DNA from: an uncultured Oscillospiraceae bacterium
Lineage (GTDB): Bacteria; Bacillota; Clostridia; Oscillospirales; CAG-382
Assembly (NCBI GenBank): GCA_964485815.1
Contig: CAZAJX010000003.1
Coordinates: 12,040 to 76,039 of the forward strand
Direction: 5' to 3'
DNA length: 64,000 nucleotides
Numbering within the stretch: the stretch's first letter is position 1; every line of letters starts with the position of its first letter. Of the stretch, positions 17,399 through 26,007 are shown piece after piece. Below the pieces are notes generated by a model. The model searched no databases. It was not told where the DNA came from and saw only the letters and a program-made list of their open reading frames with translations. Position numbers and translations under genes: made by a program.

Positions 17399-19882
17399 TC
17401 ATTTTTTCGGCGGCTTTGTAAGTAGTCCGTCAAAATAAGCCTTCCGCTTTTTGAATCCCTTTAAAGTGGTGTAAACGTAATCGTTCAATGCAAGCATATG
17501 CTTTCCTGCCGCCGCCAGCTCTTCCTTGGTGCAGACACCGCCGAACTCGGCTTTGCGGAAGTATTCCATTACAAAAGAGGGATTGGGCATATCGGGTGCA
17601 GATCTGCGCACACGCTTTATATATTCGGGATATTTTTCGCCCTTAATGGGGGTAAAGCCTTTAAGACGCAAAAGCTTTATGTGCTGTGAATGCATCTCGA
17701 TCAAGCCTTTTTCCGCATCCCCTTCGCCACGGGAGTATTTTTCCCTCGTTTTAAAGGTGTTTTTGCGCCGTTTTTCGTTGCGGCGGTATATAAGGGCGAT
17801 AATAAGCGTAACGATTATACCACAGGAAGCGGCACAAATACAATAGATAATCGCTTTTTTATTGTTTTTCGGCACGTCTTCGGATATTTCGCCAACACTT
17901 TCAACCAAAGAGCTGTTATCGGATACGTCGGAAACCGCAGAGTCTTCGCTTGATTCCTCTTCGCTGCTCTCGGCTTCGCTTGATTCCTCTTCGCTTATCT
18001 CCTCGCTTTCGTCGGCGGAGGGCTCTTCCGTGGAAACCTCCTCGGGGAAATGAGGGCTGTCAAGCAGAGGACCTTCGGAGCCAATGGAGTTTTGCATAGC
18101 GGCGTAGGTCATTTCAAAGGGCACCCAGCCGTAGCCGTAAAGCTCAACCTCGCACCAGGCGTGGGAGTTGGAATCGTAAATATGTCTGTTTCCGCTGAAG
18201 TCCGCGCCTCTGGAAGAATATCCCGTAACGTAACGGGTATTTATACCGATGGAGCGAAGCAGCAGTGCGGCGGTGGAGGCAAACTGTACGCAGTATCCCT
18301 CGCCCGTGTTAAACAGGAAGTTGTATATACTGTCCTTTTCGTGATCGTAATTTTCGTACCGATCGGACATCTGGGGGTTCATTGTGTAATATTTTGTTTC
18401 GGAAAGGTATATCTGTACGGCTTCGATAGCGTCTATAACCGAATCCTCCGCAGCCAGCCATTCATCGTAGGTCTGATAACCGCAGTAGCGCATAAGAAGA
18501 TCCAGCATAAGGGCACGCAATTCCTTATCCAGCAATTCGTCGCCGGAAATAACAAACTCGGGGTTTTGGTAATCCATCATACCAAAGGCTTCGTAGCCCC
18601 AGTCGATATCGGTGTTTTTGCGCAGATAATCGAACCACTCCACATCGTACTCAAAATCGCTGAGTCGGTAAGTGTCAGTCGTAACTGCGGGATACCGTTC
18701 TACCACACCGTCGCTGTCCAGATCGTAAAATGCTTCATCGTCGCCGTTGGTGATAAGGGTGCTTCCCGCAGGTATGGCAGGGTAAAGAGGCTTTACCACG
18801 CCCGCCACGGTAACAAAGCTTCGTATGACATCCGTGCTGTCGGTTCTGTCCTGCGTGTCCGCAAGAAACCTGAAAGCATCATCTGTCAGATCCGTAGAGG
18901 TTGAAGTAGACAAAGTCCAGGAGTTGTTGCCGTATTCGTAGTGTATACGGCGGCGGAGGAACATATCGCCGCTGTCATCGGCGCCGGACACGATATATAA
19001 AAGCACGTTATCAAACTCTATATCCTCAAGGTCGGTTTTGGATTGCTTTTCCTCAAGGTCGTTCATAAACTGCTCGTATCCGTCCATAGATACGTCGCTG
19101 CTGGCATCCCCGAACCCGCCGGGGGAAACCGTGGGCGGCTTTATACCCGTAAGCTGTGAAACCATATTCATTACGGATTTTGAAAACGCCTCGTCGGACG
19201 CCACGGGTATAAGCACTATGGCGGCGGCAAGGAAAAACGCCAACGTCTTTACGCCGATTTTGGTTATGGGTATAACGCTTCCCATAGCCTTTCCGCCTTT
19301 GCCCTGCACGGCAACGCACAGCATTGCGGCAATACAAAGGATCATTATGAAAAAGTGTATGCTTTCGTTTCGCTCAAGGGAAACGAACAGTCCCAGCGTT
19401 ACCCCGGAGGTAAGCAAAACGGGGACGAGTGCCTTACATCTTAACATAAAGTGGGTAAGCAGTACTGCGCAGACGGATGCCAGCAGTATTGCAACCAGAG
19501 TAAGCTCCCAATCGTGATATGGGATATAGTATTCGGGCTCGAATTTGTATATTTCGGTACCTATTTTGTTTATCTTGTCCGTTATGGCTTCGCTTAAGGG
19601 AATAAAGCATAAAAGGGAAATTCCCGCTCCGCCCAAAGCGAGGGCGGGGTAAACTATCCATTCTGCGGAAAACAGAAACGCTGTTCCCGTTGCCGCGATC
19701 ACCGCCGCGGAAGCGAACCAAACCGTGCCAACGCTTATTTCGGGCAGGATGGTCTGCTCTGCGTATCCCGCAATTCCGAAAACGGTAACCATACACAGTA
19801 TAAGGCAGGCGAAAAATCCCATTGCCGAGGATGCGGATTCAAAAATACGGTATTTTCTTGTTGCATTGGGACGGAAATTCAT
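17399..19882 (-). CDS. Transglutaminase-domain polytopic membrane protein
   Basis: Multi-TM N-terminus. Transglutaminase core GYCVQFAS...HAWCEVELYGYGWVPFE (Cys-His-Asp/Glu type). Acidic Ser/Glu linker, a further TM helix and a C-terminal cytoplasmic domain. Confidence 0.85.
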   Translation of the reverse strand: MNFRPNATRKYRIFESASSAMGFFACLILCMVTVFGIAGYAEQTILPEISVGTVWFASAAVIAATGTAFLFSAEWIVYPALALGGAGISLLCFIPLSEAITDKINKIGTEIYKFEPEYYIPYHDWELTLVAILLASVCAVLLTHFMLRCKALVPVLLTSGVTLGLFVSLERNESIHFFIMILCIAAMLCVAVQGKGGKAMGSVIPITKIGVKTLAFFLAAAIVLIPVASDEAFSKSVMNMVSQLTGIKPPTVSPGGFGDASSDVSMDGYEQFMNDLEEKQSKTDLEDIEFDNVLLYIVSGADDSGDMFLRRRIHYEYGNNSWTLSTSTSTDLTDDAFRFLADTQDRTDSTDVIRSFVTVAGVVKPLYPAIPAGSTLITNGDDEAFYDLDSDGVVERYPAVTTDTYRLSDFEYDVEWFDYLRKNTDIDWGYEAFGMMDYQNPEFVISGDELLDKELRALMLDLLMRYCGYQTYDEWLAAEDSVIDAIEAVQIYLSETKYYTMNPQMSDRYENYDHEKDSIYNFLFNTGEGYCVQFASTAALLLRSIGINTRYVTGYSSRGADFSGNRHIYDSNSHAWCEVELYGYGWVPFEMTYAAMQNSIGSEGPLLDSPHFPEEVSTEEPSADESEEISEEESSEAESSEEESSEDSAVSDVSDNSSLVESVGEISEDVPKNNKKAIIYCICAASCGIIVTLIIALIYRRNEKRRKNTFKTREKYSRGEGDAEKGLIEMHSQHIKLLRLKGFTPIKGEKYPEYIKRVRRSAPDMPNPSFVMEYFRKAEFGGVCTKEELAAAGKHMLALNDYVYTTLKGFKKRKAYFDGLLTKPPKK

Positions 19883-21141
19883 ACCTTTCCTCCCTTCTCT
19901 GCCAAGGAAAATCCTATGATAATTCCTGCGCTTTCCAGCTTTTTAATTATATTTTCGTCGGTTATGGGAGCCTCTCCCTCGGGAGCGCACACCATTACCG
20001 CAATACCCTTTATATTGGGTGCTTCGGTCTGCAGAGCGATTATCTGAGCGGCGGTGTCCTCGTTAACGGCGGCTGTAACCAGCGTTACCGCGTCCGCCTC
20101 GCCGATAATGACGGGGTCTATACGTTTACCCGTACCAAGGGGTATGTATCCGCTTTTGCAAAGGGAAATAAAGCTTTCCTCCATAGAAGCGGTCACGCCT
20201 ATATCCTCTTTTCCGTCCCGCCAACCCAGCAAAACGCTGTCCCCCTCCGATGAAAGGGATAAGCACAGCCCGTAGGCGGTTTCCATAACCGCATCCAAAA
20301 GGGCGGGGTTTTTATCCTTTTTGTTTTCCGTGCCGCAGGCAAGGTAATCTCCCGTATCGCAAAGCACGCACTGGCACTTTTCCTTGGGAGAAGCAAAGCG
20401 GATTATCTGCAGCTCTTCTTCCCTTGCGCTTCTTTTCCAGTGAATGTCCTTAAGACTGTCGCCGGGAACGTAATCTGCGATCTCGAACACCTCGTCACGA
20501 TCATCGCCGCGGCGGTTTCTGTCCGCCCCTTCGCCCATACCCGTGTTTATTCGGAGCTGTTCCGTCTTTCTGCCCTCTACGGGGATTACGGGCATATCTA
20601 CCCTGAATTCCGCATTGCTCACTATCCTGAACAAGCCCAGCGGGTCGTGGACGGAAAGCTTTTTACAGCATACGGTAAATCTTCCCGCCAGCCCGAAGGA
20701 CACCTGTTTTACGGCTGTTACCGCCCGCATTCCACCCATAGTTACACCCGTCTTGTTCTTGACGGGGATACGGGTATAAGCGTACCCGTCCTTTTCCTCT
20801 TTGGGAAGATACAGCGCCGCCGTAAGTCCGGGGAGGGGAATGGGGAAATAATTGTATACTGTAAGGGTCGCGTAGGCGCTTTCGCCCTTGCGCAGGAATT
20901 GCTTATCAAAGCTCAATTCCGCGCTTATTCCGCAAAAGCATATAAAGGCGTAAATAAGTGATATAACGGGAAGCACCATCAAGAAGGTGGCAGCTATTCC
21001 CATAGGTGTGTTTTTACGGATTATGGCATAACAGCAAAGCCCGAACACCGCCGCCCCGTAAAAGGGGAACAAAAGGGTGGGCACGGGGTAAAAGGGTTGT
21101 TTTATAAGCCGTGTTTCACCAAACTTTTCGCTTTTTTTCAT
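19879..21141 (-). CDS. DUF58-family protein (vWA-like, MoxR partner)
   Basis: Two N-terminal TM helices and a DIHWKRSAREEELQIIRF motif typical of DUF58. 4-nt overlaps with both neighbours. Confidence 0.8.
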   Translation of the reverse strand: MKKSEKFGETRLIKQPFYPVPTLLFPFYGAAVFGLCCYAIIRKNTPMGIAATFLMVLPVISLIYAFICFCGISAELSFDKQFLRKGESAYATLTVYNYFPIPLPGLTAALYLPKEEKDGYAYTRIPVKNKTGVTMGGMRAVTAVKQVSFGLAGRFTVCCKKLSVHDPLGLFRIVSNAEFRVDMPVIPVEGRKTEQLRINTGMGEGADRNRRGDDRDEVFEIADYVPGDSLKDIHWKRSAREEELQIIRFASPKEKCQCVLCDTGDYLACGTENKKDKNPALLDAVMETAYGLCLSLSSEGDSVLLGWRDGKEDIGVTASMEESFISLCKSGYIPLGTGKRIDPVIIGEADAVTLVTAAVNEDTAAQIIALQTEAPNIKGIAVMVCAPEGEAPITDENIIKKLESAGIIIGFSLAEKGGKV

Positions 21142-22100
21142 ATTCTGCCTTTTCCGCGGTGGGGGATATCCGTTTCCTTAAGAATAGCGTTCAGAACGTC
21201 CTCTACGCTGAGGAACTGTCTTTTTGCCTCCTGAGAAAGAGTAATTCTGTGGTTTATGCAGGGAACGAACATGGCGTGAATATCCTCGGGCAAAACGTAA
21301 TCTCTGCCCTGCAGGTAAGCGTATGCCTTTGCAAGGCGCACTACCATTACGCTTCCGCGGGGAGATGCGCCCAGAGATATGTATTTGTTGTTACGGGTGG
21401 CGGTTATGAGTGAAACCGCGTATTTGTATATCTCCTCGTCCACCGTAACCTTTTTTACTTCCTCACGCATAGCCAGAATAGACTCCGCATCCGTTACGGG
21501 AGTAAGTGTGGGCAGGGTGTTTTCGTGGGTCATACCTGCGGCAATACGCATTTCCGCCTCAAAGGTGGGGTAGCCCATGGAAAATCTCATACAAAATCTG
21601 TCAACCTGGGCTTCGGGCAGGGGATACGTACCTACAAATCCCATAGGGTTCTGGGTTGCAATAACCGTAAACACCTTGGGGAGAGGGTGTATCTCGCCGT
21701 CAACGGTGACGGTGCCTTCGTTCATACATTCAAGGAGCGCAGACTGTGTCTTGGGGGATGCGCGGTTTATTTCGTCGCCCAAGAAAATATCCGTGCTTAC
21801 CGCGCCGGGGCGGAACACAAAATCGCCGGAGCGTTTGTCAAACATATTAAATCCGGTTATATCGGAAGGGGTTACGTCGGGAGTAAACTGTATACGGGTG
21901 TAATCCAGACCCGAAAGTCTTGCCAAAGCGGAAGCAAGGGTGGTCTTACCCACGCCGGGCACGTCCTCGATCAGCACGTGTCCCCCTGCGAGAAATGCGG
22001 TAACCAGCAGCACCGCTTCCTTTTCCTTGCCCAGAACCGCCTTAAAAAGACCTTTCGTAAGGGCTTTTGCCTGCTCGTGTCCGTTTGTTAATTGTGACAT
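21138..22100 (-). CDS. MoxR-family AAA+ ATPase
   Basis: Walker A EDVPGVGKTT, Walker B FLGDEINRASPKTQSALLE, ATQNP sensor, about 320 aa. Confidence 0.9.
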   Translation of the reverse strand: MSQLTNGHEQAKALTKGLFKAVLGKEKEAVLLVTAFLAGGHVLIEDVPGVGKTTLASALARLSGLDYTRIQFTPDVTPSDITGFNMFDKRSGDFVFRPGAVSTDIFLGDEINRASPKTQSALLECMNEGTVTVDGEIHPLPKVFTVIATQNPMGFVGTYPLPEAQVDRFCMRFSMGYPTFEAEMRIAAGMTHENTLPTLTPVTDAESILAMREEVKKVTVDEEIYKYAVSLITATRNNKYISLGASPRGSVMVVRLAKAYAYLQGRDYVLPEDIHAMFVPCINHRITLSQEAKRQFLSVEDVLNAILKETDIPHRGKGRI

Positions 22101-22119
22101 TAATGTGCCTCCTGTGTCA

Positions 22120-23172
22120 TTAAACCTTTTTTGCGTGTCTTACCTTTAAAACAACTGCCAGAATTATGTGAATGATTATGAATACCACGCCTACCGATGC
22201 GGCGATAATGCCCGCTTTAAGAATAGGCTCGAAAATTACGGATAAAACTGTCCTTGCCACCGTCATCATCGTGGCGGGCATAGGTATCTGCGCGATCACA
22301 AATTCGGTAATGGTGGAGGAAAGGGCAAATACTGCGGTAAGCGCTCCGCCCAAAAGAAGCGCGGGCATACCGGAGAATACGAACACCGCTTCCTTTCTGC
22401 GCAGGAAGGGGATCATAAGCAAAATACATACTGCGCAGACGGCAAAGCAGGCTATGGGGATATAGGGGCTTATCACCACGTTAACGGTGGTCATGGTAGT
22501 CTTTACCGCGGGGTTGGCAAGAACCTCGGTCGCCGCCTGATTAATGGTTTCGGTGTGCTCCTCCAGCACCCCTTCTATCTGCTCAAGGTCCGCGTCGGTT
22601 ATCTCGTATCCCGTTGCATCGTAAATATTCTGCTTGTTGTCCTCAACCAGAACTATTATCTGCTCGGGTGTTATTTCAAAGCTTTCGGCATTTCCCATAA
22701 GGTAATCCTGCGCCTGATCCAGCAGATTCTTCATCGCATCGTTAAGTCCTGCGTTTTCCGCAAAAGCACGTATCTCATCGGTGGTCATGGAAGCGAGGGT
22801 TTCGTTGCCTGAGGATTTGAGCACCTCTTCTACCTTTTCCACAACCGTAGTACCGCCTATTTCAAGGGAGAGCACGTCGGTCTTTTCCACAACTGTATGT
22901 ACTATATCGCCTGCAACGGCGTTTCTCAAAAGCAAAAATCCCGTTCCTGCGGCGGCGGAAACAAATACTCCGAACGCTAAAATTAAGCAAAGAGTCACGC
23001 CCCACCAGGAATTTCTGCGGCGGCGCTTTTTTGCGGGAGCCTTCTTGGGCGCGTTAACTTCGGGCGCGTTAACTTCGGGCGCGTTAACTTCGGGCGCACT
23101 TACTTCGGGTGCGGTTACTTCGGGTTCGCTTGCTTCGGGGGTCTGTGCGGTTTGGTTAGTATCCATTTTCAT
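22120..23172 (-). CDS. Membrane protein with N-terminal PEV(N/S/T)A pentapeptide repeats
   Basis: PEVTAPEVSAPEVNAPEVNAPEVNAP, then a KKRRRR stop-transfer, a TM helix, a roughly 200-aa extracytoplasmic region, and three or four C-terminal TM helices. 4-nt overlap with the glycerate kinase gene. Confidence 0.7.
   Translation of the reverse strand: MKMDTNQTAQTPEASEPEVTAPEVSAPEVNAPEVNAPEVNAPKKAPAKKRRRRNSWWGVTLCLILAFGVFVSAAAGTGFLLLRNAVAGDIVHTVVEKTDVLSLEIGGTTVVEKVEEVLKSSGNETLASMTTDEIRAFAENAGLNDAMKNLLDQAQDYLMGNAESFEITPEQIIVLVEDNKQNIYDATGYEITDADLEQIEGVLEEHTETINQAATEVLANPAVKTTMTTVNVVISPYIPIACFAVCAVCILLMIPFLRRKEAVFVFSGMPALLLGGALTAVFALSSTITEFVIAQIPMPATMMTVARTVLSVIFEPILKAGIIAASVGVVFIIIHIILAVVLKVRHAKKV
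23047..23136. repeat. 15-bp tandem repeat (6 units, 3 perfect) inside the CDS
   Basis: GGGCGCGTTAACTTC x3 perfect (23047-23091), then three degenerate units. Encodes the PEVNA repeats on the minus strand. Confidence 0.9.
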
Positions 23173-24251
23173 ACCTCGTATATATTTTTTATTTGTTTTC
23201 CTGCGTTAATAAGATATTTTCTCGGGTCTGCCATAGTCATCTGCGGGGTAATATCCCCGTGGGAAAGGGGTATATAAAGGTCTGCTCCCAGATTTTTGCC
23301 CTCCCCGGTTATCATACCCGAAACACAGATCACCTTTTTGCCCATTTCCTTTGCAAGCGCCGTTACACGCAACGGAAGCTTTCCCATTAAAGTCTGGGAG
23401 TCCGTCTTACCTTCTCCCGTAATAATTACGTCTGCGCGGGAAATTCTCTCTTTAAGTGAGCAAAGGTCAGCCAGCACGTCGAACCCGCTTTGTATTTTCG
23501 GCTCACATACAGCCATAATTCCACCTGCAAGTCCCCCTGCCGCCCCTGCGCCGGGAATGTGGGAAATATCCTTTCCCGTAGCGCGGAAAAGTAATTCGGC
23601 AAACCGCCGGTGGCTCTTTTCCATACGCACGGCAGTTTCCTTGTCCGCCCCTTTTTGGGGTGAAAACACCATAGATGCGCCTTTTTCTCCGTGGTACGGG
23701 TTGTCCACGTCGCAGGCGAATATAATTTCTGCTTCCTTCAGGAGAGGGGTGAGGTTTTCAAGGTCAATACCCGTTGCCCATTCTCCCGCCAGGGCGGTAA
23801 GTCCTTTTTCACCTTTAATGCGGGCACCCAAGGCGAGCAATGCACCTGCGCCTCCGTCGTTAACGGCACTGCCTCCGAATCCGATTATCAGCTTTTTGCA
23901 TCCGTCTTCAAGGGCTTTTTTTACGGTGTGCCCCGTGCCGAAGGAGTTGGCGTATATAATATTCGGGTGGTCTGCCCCCACGGTCATAAGTCCGTCCGCC
24001 AGCGCGGTTTCGATCACCGCCGTATTGCCTATACGCAGATAGTAAGAGGATATCTCTCTGCCGTAGCTGTCAAAGGTGGGAAAACATATTCTTTTACCTC
24101 CGCAGAGGTATTCGACACATTCGGCAAATCCCTCGCCTCCGTCGGAAAAAGGGACAATCTCTCCGCTTCCCAAGCCTTCTTTAATAGCGTCGGCGGCGTT
24201 TCGGGAGGATATGCTTCCCTTAAAAGAATCGAGTATAAGCAAACAATTCAT
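23169..24251 (-). CDS. Glycerate kinase (GlxK/GarK family)
   Basis: LILDSFKGS, a GGSAVNDGGAG-type motif, ITGEGKTDSQTLMGK and a C-terminal VCVSG motif are typical of glycerate kinases. Confidence 0.9.
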   Translation of the reverse strand: MNCLLILDSFKGSISSRNAADAIKEGLGSGEIVPFSDGGEGFAECVEYLCGGKRICFPTFDSYGREISSYYLRIGNTAVIETALADGLMTVGADHPNIIYANSFGTGHTVKKALEDGCKKLIIGFGGSAVNDGGAGALLALGARIKGEKGLTALAGEWATGIDLENLTPLLKEAEIIFACDVDNPYHGEKGASMVFSPQKGADKETAVRMEKSHRRFAELLFRATGKDISHIPGAGAAGGLAGGIMAVCEPKIQSGFDVLADLCSLKERISRADVIITGEGKTDSQTLMGKLPLRVTALAKEMGKKVICVSGMITGEGKNLGADLYIPLSHGDITPQMTMADPRKYLINAGKQIKNIYEV

Positions 24252-24346
24252 CTTTTACCACCTCTTTCCTTATATTATAACATAGAATTAACATATTGTA
24301 AACATTTATGCATATCGGGTCATAAAAATTTACATTTGAAAATACG

Positions 24347-24375
24347 TTGACATTTTTATGCAAACAGCGTATAAT
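24347..24375 (+). promoter_or_regulatory. Consensus sigma-A promoter upstream of repeat R6 and surface-protein gene A
   Basis: TTGACA (24347-24352), 17 nt, TATAAT (24370-24375). Confidence 0.6.
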
Positions 24376-24409
24376 TATAGCACATAAAATAATGACACAG
24401 GGCGTTTTT

Positions 24410-24532
24410 AATGAGGAATGAGGAATGCGACGCGCCGCGAATGCGACGCTAAATGAGGAATTTCGGAAGCTTTTTGCGAGGCAGCGCAAAAAGCCACCAT
24501 CATTCATCATTTATCATTTATCATTCATCATT
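24410..24532 (+). repeat. Heptamer-armed repeat, copy R6 (full form)
   Basis: AATGAGG x2, AATGCGACGCGCCGC-GAA-TGCGACGC, TAAATGAGGAATTTCGGAAG, CTTTTTGCG-AGGCA-GCGCAAAAAG, CCACCAT. Right arm CATCATT x2, TATCATT x2, CATCATT. Confidence 0.85.
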
Positions 24533-24562
24533 TCCACGTTGTGTTCAAAAAGGAGTAAAACA

Positions 24563-25882
24563 ATGAAAAAAAGAATCTTAAGCGTACTTATCGTTCTTGC
24601 CGTTGTTTGCGCTTTGTTTGCGATTCCCGCAGATGCAAAGGCAAACGTAACCAAGGTTTGGTTTGAGGGCGATAACGTAGCAGTCCGCGCAGGCGCAGAC
24701 CTTTCCCTTCTTTGCGATAACAAGATCCTTTCCGATGAAAATGCGGAAGCAAAGGATTTTAAAAAGGACGGTATCGTGCTGGTGCAGAACACCAATATGC
24801 ACGACACGGAAAACCTCACCCGCGCAACTATGTATATTGAATTGGATTCTCTCCAGAATATCGATTCCGTTTACATCACATGGTACGTTTTCTATAACGC
24901 AATTATCGCTTTGCCTGATCAGAATACCCTCATTATCGGCTATTCCGCAGACGGCGAAAACTATAACGAGATCGGTGCATACACTTTCGAGGGCGAGGCT
25001 GATCCCGAAACCTCCTCTCAGCTTGAAACCACTATCAGACTGGGTCAGACCGTAAAGGCAAAATACGTTTCCGTTTCCTTTGAATTCGGACCTTACGATG
25101 AGCCTACCTGGTACTGTCCCGTTCTGGAATGGGTCGGCTTTACCGAAGTCGGCGCAGGTGTGATGAGCGACGAAGTTCTGGACGGCGGCTATGACGAAGT
25201 AAGTCAGGACAACACTCCTCTTGATCAGATCGATCCTATCGTAGAAATTCCCGAAGGACACGTAGCACTCAAGCACGCCAAGTTCAACACCTCCATCACC
25301 ACCGGTTCTTACACTATCATTACCGATCCCGCAACCATGCAGGACTTTAACGTTAAGTGGACCTCCTGCGCACTTATCAGACCTACCGAAACCGAAGGCG
25401 TTTACGAGGTAGTGGCAGTTGAGTGGGTAAACGGAAGCGAAACCTTTGTTTTTGCCGATGCGGCAGAGGGTGATATGGTTCTTTCCGTTCACGGCGATGA
25501 CGATACCGACGGAACCAAGGCAAACAGACTTGCTCTCAACGCCCTCGTTCCCGGCGATACCGTTACATTTGCAGGCTATGATTTCGCAGAACAGTCCTTT
25601 GAAAGAGGCGCGGTTGTTTACTTTATAGATAACACCGCCGCTCCCGATAACGGCGAAGCTTCCGAAGAGCCCTCCGATGACGTTTCCGAAGAGCCTTCCG
25701 ATGAATCCGAACCCGCAGAAGAGTCCGAAGAAGATACCTCCGTTCCCGCAACCAACAATTCCGACGCTGCTTCCGATAAGGAAGACGGCGGCAACACCGG
25801 TCTTATTATCGGTATCGTTGTAGCAGTGATCGCAGCAGCTGCCGTTGTAGTGGTTATCGTTGTTGTAAAGAAAAAGAAATAA
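24563..25882 (+). CDS. Tail-anchored surface protein A (signal peptide, discoidin-like domain, second beta domain, acidic linker, C-terminal TM plus KKKK)
   Basis: ATG at 24563 after AAAGGAG. Signal peptide MKKRILSVLIVLAVVCALFAIPADA. IELDSLQNIDSVYITW...IGYSADGENYNEI...VKAKYVSVSF fits the F5/8-type-C pattern. C-terminal GLIIGIVVAVIAAAAVVVVIVVVKKKK. The ORF-track start at 24425 reads through R6. Confidence 0.8.
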   Translation: MKKRILSVLIVLAVVCALFAIPADAKANVTKVWFEGDNVAVRAGADLSLLCDNKILSDENAEAKDFKKDGIVLVQNTNMHDTENLTRATMYIELDSLQNIDSVYITWYVFYNAIIALPDQNTLIIGYSADGENYNEIGAYTFEGEADPETSSQLETTIRLGQTVKAKYVSVSFEFGPYDEPTWYCPVLEWVGFTEVGAGVMSDEVLDGGYDEVSQDNTPLDQIDPIVEIPEGHVALKHAKFNTSITTGSYTIITDPATMQDFNVKWTSCALIRPTETEGVYEVVAVEWVNGSETFVFADAAEGDMVLSVHGDDDTDGTKANRLALNALVPGDTVTFAGYDFAEQSFERGAVVYFIDNTAAPDNGEASEEPSDDVSEEPSDESEPAEESEEDTSVPATNNSDAASDKEDGGNTGLIIGIVVAVIAAAAVVVVIVVVKKKK

Positions 25883-25902
25883 TACTAAAATATAAACGAA
25901 AA

Positions 25903-25926
25903 TGTCCGTAAAACACGGACATTTTT
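25903..25926 (+). terminator. Intrinsic terminator of gene A
   Basis: TGTCCGT-AAAAC-ACGGACA followed by TTTTT. Confidence 0.7.
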
Positions 25927-25936
25927 GTTTTTGTTG

Positions 25937-25965
25937 TTGACTTTCCGCCGCAAATAGTGTATAAT
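25937..25965 (+). promoter_or_regulatory. Sigma-A promoter for surface-protein gene B
   Basis: TTGACT, 17 nt, TATAAT. Confidence 0.6.
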
Positions 25966-26007
25966 CACTTCACCAAGATAATATTTTTTTAAAGGAGCAA
26001 AATCCAA

